Shown: positions 7,677-11,621 of the stretch, piece after piece
How the letters are laid out: the number at the start of each line of letters is the position of its first letter
Numbering within the stretch: the stretch's first letter is position 1
Source of the DNA: a bacterium
Lineage (GTDB): Bacteria > UBA6262 > WVXT01
Direction of reading: 5' to 3'
Assembly (NCBI GenBank): GCA_046759165.1
Contig: JBHIBS010000046.1
Location: forward strand, 1 to 11,621
Length of the DNA stretch: 11,621 nucleotides
The notes under the pieces: generated by a model
Databases searched by the model: none
Told to the model about the DNA's origin: nothing
The model's input: the letters and a program-made list of their open reading frames with translations, nothing else
Translations under genes and position numbers: made by a program

Positions 7677-8084
7677 CTAATGTCGTTTGCTTCCCTCGCT
7701 TCCCAATCGCTTATTTATCCAATATTTTTTTACCTTATTTAACAATTCTTCTGATTCAAATGGTTTTATTATGTAGTCTTCTGCACCAAATTCTTTTATT
7801 TTGTCTGTTATTTTGTCAACCATACTTGCGGTCAAGAATATCACCGGAATTTCTTTGAAATTATCATCTGATTTTAGCCTTTGGCAAACCTCGCAGCCAT
7901 CCATCACCGGAACTCTTAGATCAAGTAGGATTAAATCTGGTCTTTCTTTTCTTGCCAACTCCAGTCCCGTTTTGCCATTTTCTGCAGTTATAATCTGGTA
8001 TCCAGCTTTTTTCAATCTGAAAACGACAGTTTTCGAGATATCTGGTTCATCATCTACAAGCAACACACACTTTCTCTCGCTCAT
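7677..8084 (-). CDS. Single-domain response regulator receiver
   Basis: VLLVDDE, PDLILLDLRVPVMDG, IPVIFLTAS, DYIIKPF. Confidence 0.93.
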   Translation of the reverse strand: MSERKCVLLVDDEPDISKTVVFRLKKAGYQIITAENGKTGLELARKERPDLILLDLRVPVMDGCEVCQRLKSDDNFKEIPVIFLTASMVDKITDKIKEFGAEDYIIKPFESEELLNKVKKYWINKRLGSEGSKRH

Positions 8085-8129
8085 ATCTGGTTTCTCTTCC
8101 GGCGCCTAATACAGTATACTATTTTAACA

Positions 8130-9623
8130 CTATTTCCTCAAAAGCGCTTTTACTTTCAACAAAAATTCCTCATTATTAAACGGTTTTATAATCCAGGGTA
8201 AGGCCAATTCTTCTTTGTGGTTTTCTATTTTCGCAATCTCATCTGCATAACCTGATATAGCTAAAATAGGAATGCTTGCTGTCTCTTTATTACTCCTCAG
8301 CCGACCTATAACCTCGTAACCACTTATATCATTAAGTCTTATATCTAGCACTATCAAATCAGGCGTATTTGCTTGAGCTGCCTTGAGACCTTCCATTCCT
8401 TTTTTGGACCGCAGAATAATGTATCTGCTCTTTTTCAAAAACTTTTCGCAGATATCCAGGGTTACTTCCTCATCATCAATAACCAAAATTTTATATCTCC
8501 TTTTAGTCGGCAAGATGAATTTAAATTCAGAGCCTTTGCCATATTCAGATTCACCCCATATCCTCCCTCCATGCTGTTCTATTATCTCCTTGCATATGGC
8601 CAGTCCCAACCCTGTACCTCCAGTTTTTCTTTGACCAGCTCTTCTTAACTGTTGGAATTTCTGAAATAATTTTGGCAAATCATCTTTTTTTATGCCTTCT
8701 CCAGTATCTTTAACACAGACTTGTATAATATTCTGTTCCTGGTCTTTAGTACTTAAAACAGTTATCCCACCAGTTTCGGTAAATTTAATTGCATTGCTTA
8801 TTAAGTTGTTGAGCACCTGACTTATCCTATCGAGATCGAATTCTATCCTTGGCATATTAGAATCTAACCCGGTTCTTAAATAAAGACCTTTTTCTCCTGC
8901 TACCGCTTTCTGAGTATTTACTACTTCATTTATTATTTCATTAATATCACATCTCTGTATTTTAAAAACCATTTTTTTCGACTCTACTTTTGAAAAATCC
9001 AGCACGTCATCAATAATGCGCTTTAACCTGTCAACATTTCTCTTGGCAATATTCAAAAATTCCCTTTGGTCAGCGTTTATCCCTCCAGCTGAGCCATCCA
9101 ACACTATAGTGATACCTTCTTTAATAGCTGTTAGGGGAGTCCTCAGTTCATGCGAGACCATGGATGTAAATTCGCTCTTTATCGTATACATCTCCTTTAA
9201 CTTTTCATTGGATTCTCTTAATTCTTTTTCTAATCTCTCCTTTTCTTTTTTTGCATTATATCTATCTATTGCCCTTTGAATAACTATAGGCAGGGTATCT
9301 TCATAAGACAAATCTTTGACTACATAATCATACGCACCTTCCTTCATTAACTCAACCGCGATTTTTTCAGATCCTGAGGAAGTAACAACGATAAAAGGCA
9401 AATCCTGTCCTTTTTCCCTCATTTTCTTTAGTACATCCAAGGCGCTTAAGCTGGGTAAGCGATAGTCACAGAGGACCAAATCGTAACTTTCTTCGATTAT
9501 CCTCCTTAATCCCTCTTCGGCTTCCCTTGCAGAATTCACCTGGTAGCCTTGGCTTGCCTTCTCCAAAACCCTTTTGGTAAGCAAGGCATGGTCTGGATTA
9601 TCTTCAATCAGCAGTATCTTCAT
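8130..9623 (-). CDS. Cytoplasmic hybrid histidine kinase REC-HisKA-HATPase-REC
   Basis: N-terminal REC ILLIEDNPDH..LCDYRLP; H-box KSEFTSMVSHELRTPL; N-box QVLNNLISNAIKFT; DTGEGI, LFQKFQQ, GGTGLGLAI; C-terminal REC ILVIDDEE..PDLIVLDIRL..ISG..IIKPF. Confidence 0.95.
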   Translation of the reverse strand: MKILLIEDNPDHALLTKRVLEKASQGYQVNSAREAEEGLRRIIEESYDLVLCDYRLPSLSALDVLKKMREKGQDLPFIVVTSSGSEKIAVELMKEGAYDYVVKDLSYEDTLPIVIQRAIDRYNAKKEKERLEKELRESNEKLKEMYTIKSEFTSMVSHELRTPLTAIKEGITIVLDGSAGGINADQREFLNIAKRNVDRLKRIIDDVLDFSKVESKKMVFKIQRCDINEIINEVVNTQKAVAGEKGLYLRTGLDSNMPRIEFDLDRISQVLNNLISNAIKFTETGGITVLSTKDQEQNIIQVCVKDTGEGIKKDDLPKLFQKFQQLRRAGQRKTGGTGLGLAICKEIIEQHGGRIWGESEYGKGSEFKFILPTKRRYKILVIDDEEVTLDICEKFLKKSRYIILRSKKGMEGLKAAQANTPDLIVLDIRLNDISGYEVIGRLRSNKETASIPILAISGYADEIAKIENHKEELALPWIIKPFNNEEFLLKVKALLRK

Positions 9624-9660
9624 TGGTATAAATTGAAACTCCTTTTTATTCTATACACAG

Positions 9661-9689
9661 ATTCTAAAAAACCTGCCTGACTTCATCAA
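9661..9689 (-). promoter_or_regulatory. Candidate sigma70-type internal promoter upstream of the hybrid kinase
   Basis: Minus strand TTGATG (9689-9684) - 17 nt - TAGAAT (9666-9661), in the largest intergenic gap of the cluster (9624-9751). Confidence 0.45.
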
Positions 9690-9751
9690 TCTCTATAATC
9701 TATATTGAATCACCGTAATCAAAGTTTACTCATTTTTCCAGTGGAAACTAA

Positions 9752-10210
9752 TTATTCTAACCCATCAGGGGAAGCAATGTTCAGCAATCCCCAATACAGG
9801 CTTATTTGTTTGACCGCTTCCACGAATTTCTCAAACTCAACCGGCTTCTGGATAAAGCTATTACAACCACAGTTATAGCTTCTTATTATATCCTCATCTC
9901 TTCTGGATACAGTCAGCATTACAGTAGGAATCCTTCTTAAATCGGAGTCTTCTTTTATATTCTTTAGAACTTCTAGGCCGCTTACCTTGGGCAGATTTAT
10001 ATCTAATAGTATCAGTCCCGGTCTGGGTGCAGCCGTAGGATCTTCGTATTGACCTTTGTGTCGCAAGAAATCTAAGGCTTCCTGTCCATCCCTTAGTATC
10101 CAAAGTTTATTAATTATCTTTGCCTCTTTTAAGGCTCTTTGTGTTATCTGGATATCATCAGGATTATCTTCAACCAGCAGTATCTTAGTAATCTTATGTT
10201 CTTCTGCCAT
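9752..10210 (-). CDS. Rcp-type (phytochrome-kinase-associated) single-domain response regulator
   Basis: ILLVEDNPDD, RDGQEALDFL, RPGLILLDINLPKVSGLEVL, LRRIPTVMLT, NSFIQKPV and C-terminal YW typical of the Rcp1/RcpA class; AAGGAGG RBS. Confidence 0.93.
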   Translation of the reverse strand: MAEEHKITKILLVEDNPDDIQITQRALKEAKIINKLWILRDGQEALDFLRHKGQYEDPTAAPRPGLILLDINLPKVSGLEVLKNIKEDSDLRRIPTVMLTVSRRDEDIIRSYNCGCNSFIQKPVEFEKFVEAVKQISLYWGLLNIASPDGLE

Positions 10211-10249
10211 TTTAACACCTCCTTAAATCACTGATCATCTGTGTGTTTC

Positions 10250-11621
10250 TTAACCCATCCTTTCTTGTTCTTCTAACGCCTTTCTAACCTCCTCTTCGGC
10301 TACCAGTTTCTTTTCTATTAGAATTTCACCGATCTTTTTCTTACCTAAAATAAGCTCTTTTTTCATAGGTATAGTAAAATAAAATGTTGAGCCTTTCCCT
10401 ATTTTGGACTCCACCCATATCCTGCCTTTGTGCATCTCTACTATCTTTTTTACTATTGTCAGGCCTGCTCCAGTTCCTTCCCGATCTTCCCTTTTTCCCA
10501 GCCTTTGAAAAATTTCAAATATCTTATCAAAATATCGCTCCTCTATTCCTGGTCCATTATCCTTAACATAGATCTCGTAAAAAATACTTTTTTGGCTACA
10601 GCCGATTTCTATGCATGGTCTTGCCTTATCATTGAACTTGATGGCATTGGAAATTAGATTGACAAAGACCTCTGCTAATCTTACGTGGTCACAAAATATC
10701 TTCGGCAATTTATCTCTAACGACAACCTCGACATTCTTCTGTCTTATTGCATATTCAAGCCTGAGCTTAGCTTCATTTATGAGTTCTTCTATTTCAACTT
10801 CCTCAAGGGGATTTTTTCTTCTCTCAAGGCGTGAAATCTCGAGGAGGTCTTCAATAAGATTTTGCATCCTGCCGGTATTCGCCCTTATGCGTTCAAGATA
10901 ATTTCTGCCTTCCTCGTCTAATTTGTCTTTGTAATCATCCCGTATAAATTTAGAGAAGGCATCAATAGACCTTAATGGCTCTTTTAAATCGTGTGAAATA
11001 ATATAGGTAAAATCATCGAGTTCCTTATTTATATTTTCAACGGTGTTCTTTTGCTCTTCTAAAATTTGTTTTGATTTCACAAGGTCTTCAGCTACATTCT
11101 TTATTGCCTTACGCGAATCCTCTACCTCCTTTTTTTGCTTCTTAAGCAATGCCTGACCTTCTTTCAGTTCTTTGATTAAGGTCTCCCGTTCCTCCTCTAT
11201 TTTCTTGCGCTCGGTGATGTCTATAATCGTGCAATCAAAATAAGGGTTTTTTCCATTCTCATTGTACACCACCCTGGCGGTAACCGATCCCCAAAAAATA
11301 GTCCCGTCTTTCCTTCGTAATGGTAGTTCCACCCCATCAACCCTTCCCTTGGCTAAGAGATTGTCTGAAAATGCCTTTCTATTCTTGGGGTTTATGTGCA
11401 CATCAGCCACGCTTATTTTTTTGAGCTCTTCCTCTGAGCCTAAGCCAAACATTTTGAGGTAGGTGGGATTTGCTATCAGAAATTTTCCTTTGGGTCCGGG
11501 TGTAGTTCTATAAACCCCAATGGGTACGTTCTGAACGAGCGTGCGGTACCGCTCCTCGCTTTCCATTGTTACCCTTCTCCACTTTTCCAATTCTTCTAAT
11601 TTCGACATAAGTTCATTTCTC
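10250..11621 (-). CDS. PAS/PAC-HisKA-HATPase histidine kinase (phytochrome-type kinase core) with C-terminal MshEN-like motif; probably 5'-partial
   Basis: PAS ESEERYRTLVQNVP..DITERK; H-box ELDDFTYIISHDLKEPLRSI; NLISNAIKFN; DNGPGI; IFEIFQRL; GTGAGLTIVKKIVEMHKG; tail KIGEILIEKKLVAEEEVRKALEEQ. The frame is open upstream of ATG 11608 (R-N-E-L) to the window edge. Confidence 0.93.
   Translation of the reverse strand, partial: RNELMSKLEELEKWRRVTMESEERYRTLVQNVPIGVYRTTPGPKGKFLIANPTYLKMFGLGSEEELKKISVADVHINPKNRKAFSDNLLAKGRVDGVELPLRRKDGTIFWGSVTARVVYNENGKNPYFDCTIIDITERKKIEEERETLIKELKEGQALLKKQKKEVEDSRKAIKNVAEDLVKSKQILEEQKNTVENINKELDDFTYIISHDLKEPLRSIDAFSKFIRDDYKDKLDEEGRNYLERIRANTGRMQNLIEDLLEISRLERRKNPLEEVEIEELINEAKLRLEYAIRQKNVEVVVRDKLPKIFCDHVRLAEVFVNLISNAIKFNDKARPCIEIGCSQKSIFYEIYVKDNGPGIEERYFDKIFEIFQRLGKREDREGTGAGLTIVKKIVEMHKGRIWVESKIGKGSTFYFTIPMKKELILGKKKIGEILIEKKLVAEEEVRKALEEQERMG
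11205..11557. repeat. Direct repeat copy 2 of the ~353-bp PAS/PAC coding segment (copy 1 at 4348..4700)
   Basis: Same manual alignment, ~93-94% nucleotide identity, no gaps. Confidence 0.97.

Noticed and set aside
7677-7735. Possible slippage in an A7 run giving the receiver an odd tail (KKYWINKRLGSEGSKRH rather than KKILDK-stop)
   Set aside because: The REC fold is complete either way, and there is no evidence of phase variation or functional effect.
24-11462. All + strand ORFs in the track and the nested minus ORF 9894..10103
   Set aside because: They are antisense or alternate-frame shadows of well-supported genes (or of the pseudogene) with no recognisable motifs; the twin 66-aa ORFs merely reflect the PAS repeat.
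1-11621. CRISPR arrays, tRNA/rRNA genes, transposases or integrases
   Set aside because: None seen; the window is almost fully occupied by signalling genes with short intergenic gaps.

Overview
The window is one co-directional (all minus-strand) bacterial signal-transduction cluster in the standard genetic code. In transcription order it encodes: (1) a PAS-HisKA-HATPase kinase of the phytochrome-type group with an unusual C-terminal MshEN-like motif, probably cut by the window edge; (2) an Rcp-type receiver; (3) a REC-HisKA-HATPase-REC hybrid kinase; (4) two stand-alone receivers; (5) a PilB/GspE-family ATPase fused to a C-terminal receiver; (6) a REC-PAS-coiled-coil protein assembled from duplicated pieces of two upstream genes; (7) a FIST/NosP-family protein with a signal peptide; (8) a membrane HAMP-PAS NtrB-type kinase; (9) a receiver followed by the decayed remains of GAF-HisKA. 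The ORF track splits the ATPase in two, but both halves are in the same frame and separated by one UGA (6680-6682). That UGA replaces the Ala of the conserved ASDIHIEP motif and is followed by a ~49-nt hairpin, so it is a candidate recoding (selenocysteine/readthrough) site; a plain nonsense mutation or sequencing error cannot be excluded. No DNA-binding, GGDEF/EAL/HD-GYP or other pilus/secretion genes are visible, so the ATPase is the only evident output for 3 kinases and 8 receiver domains. All calls come from by-eye motif reading, without database searches.
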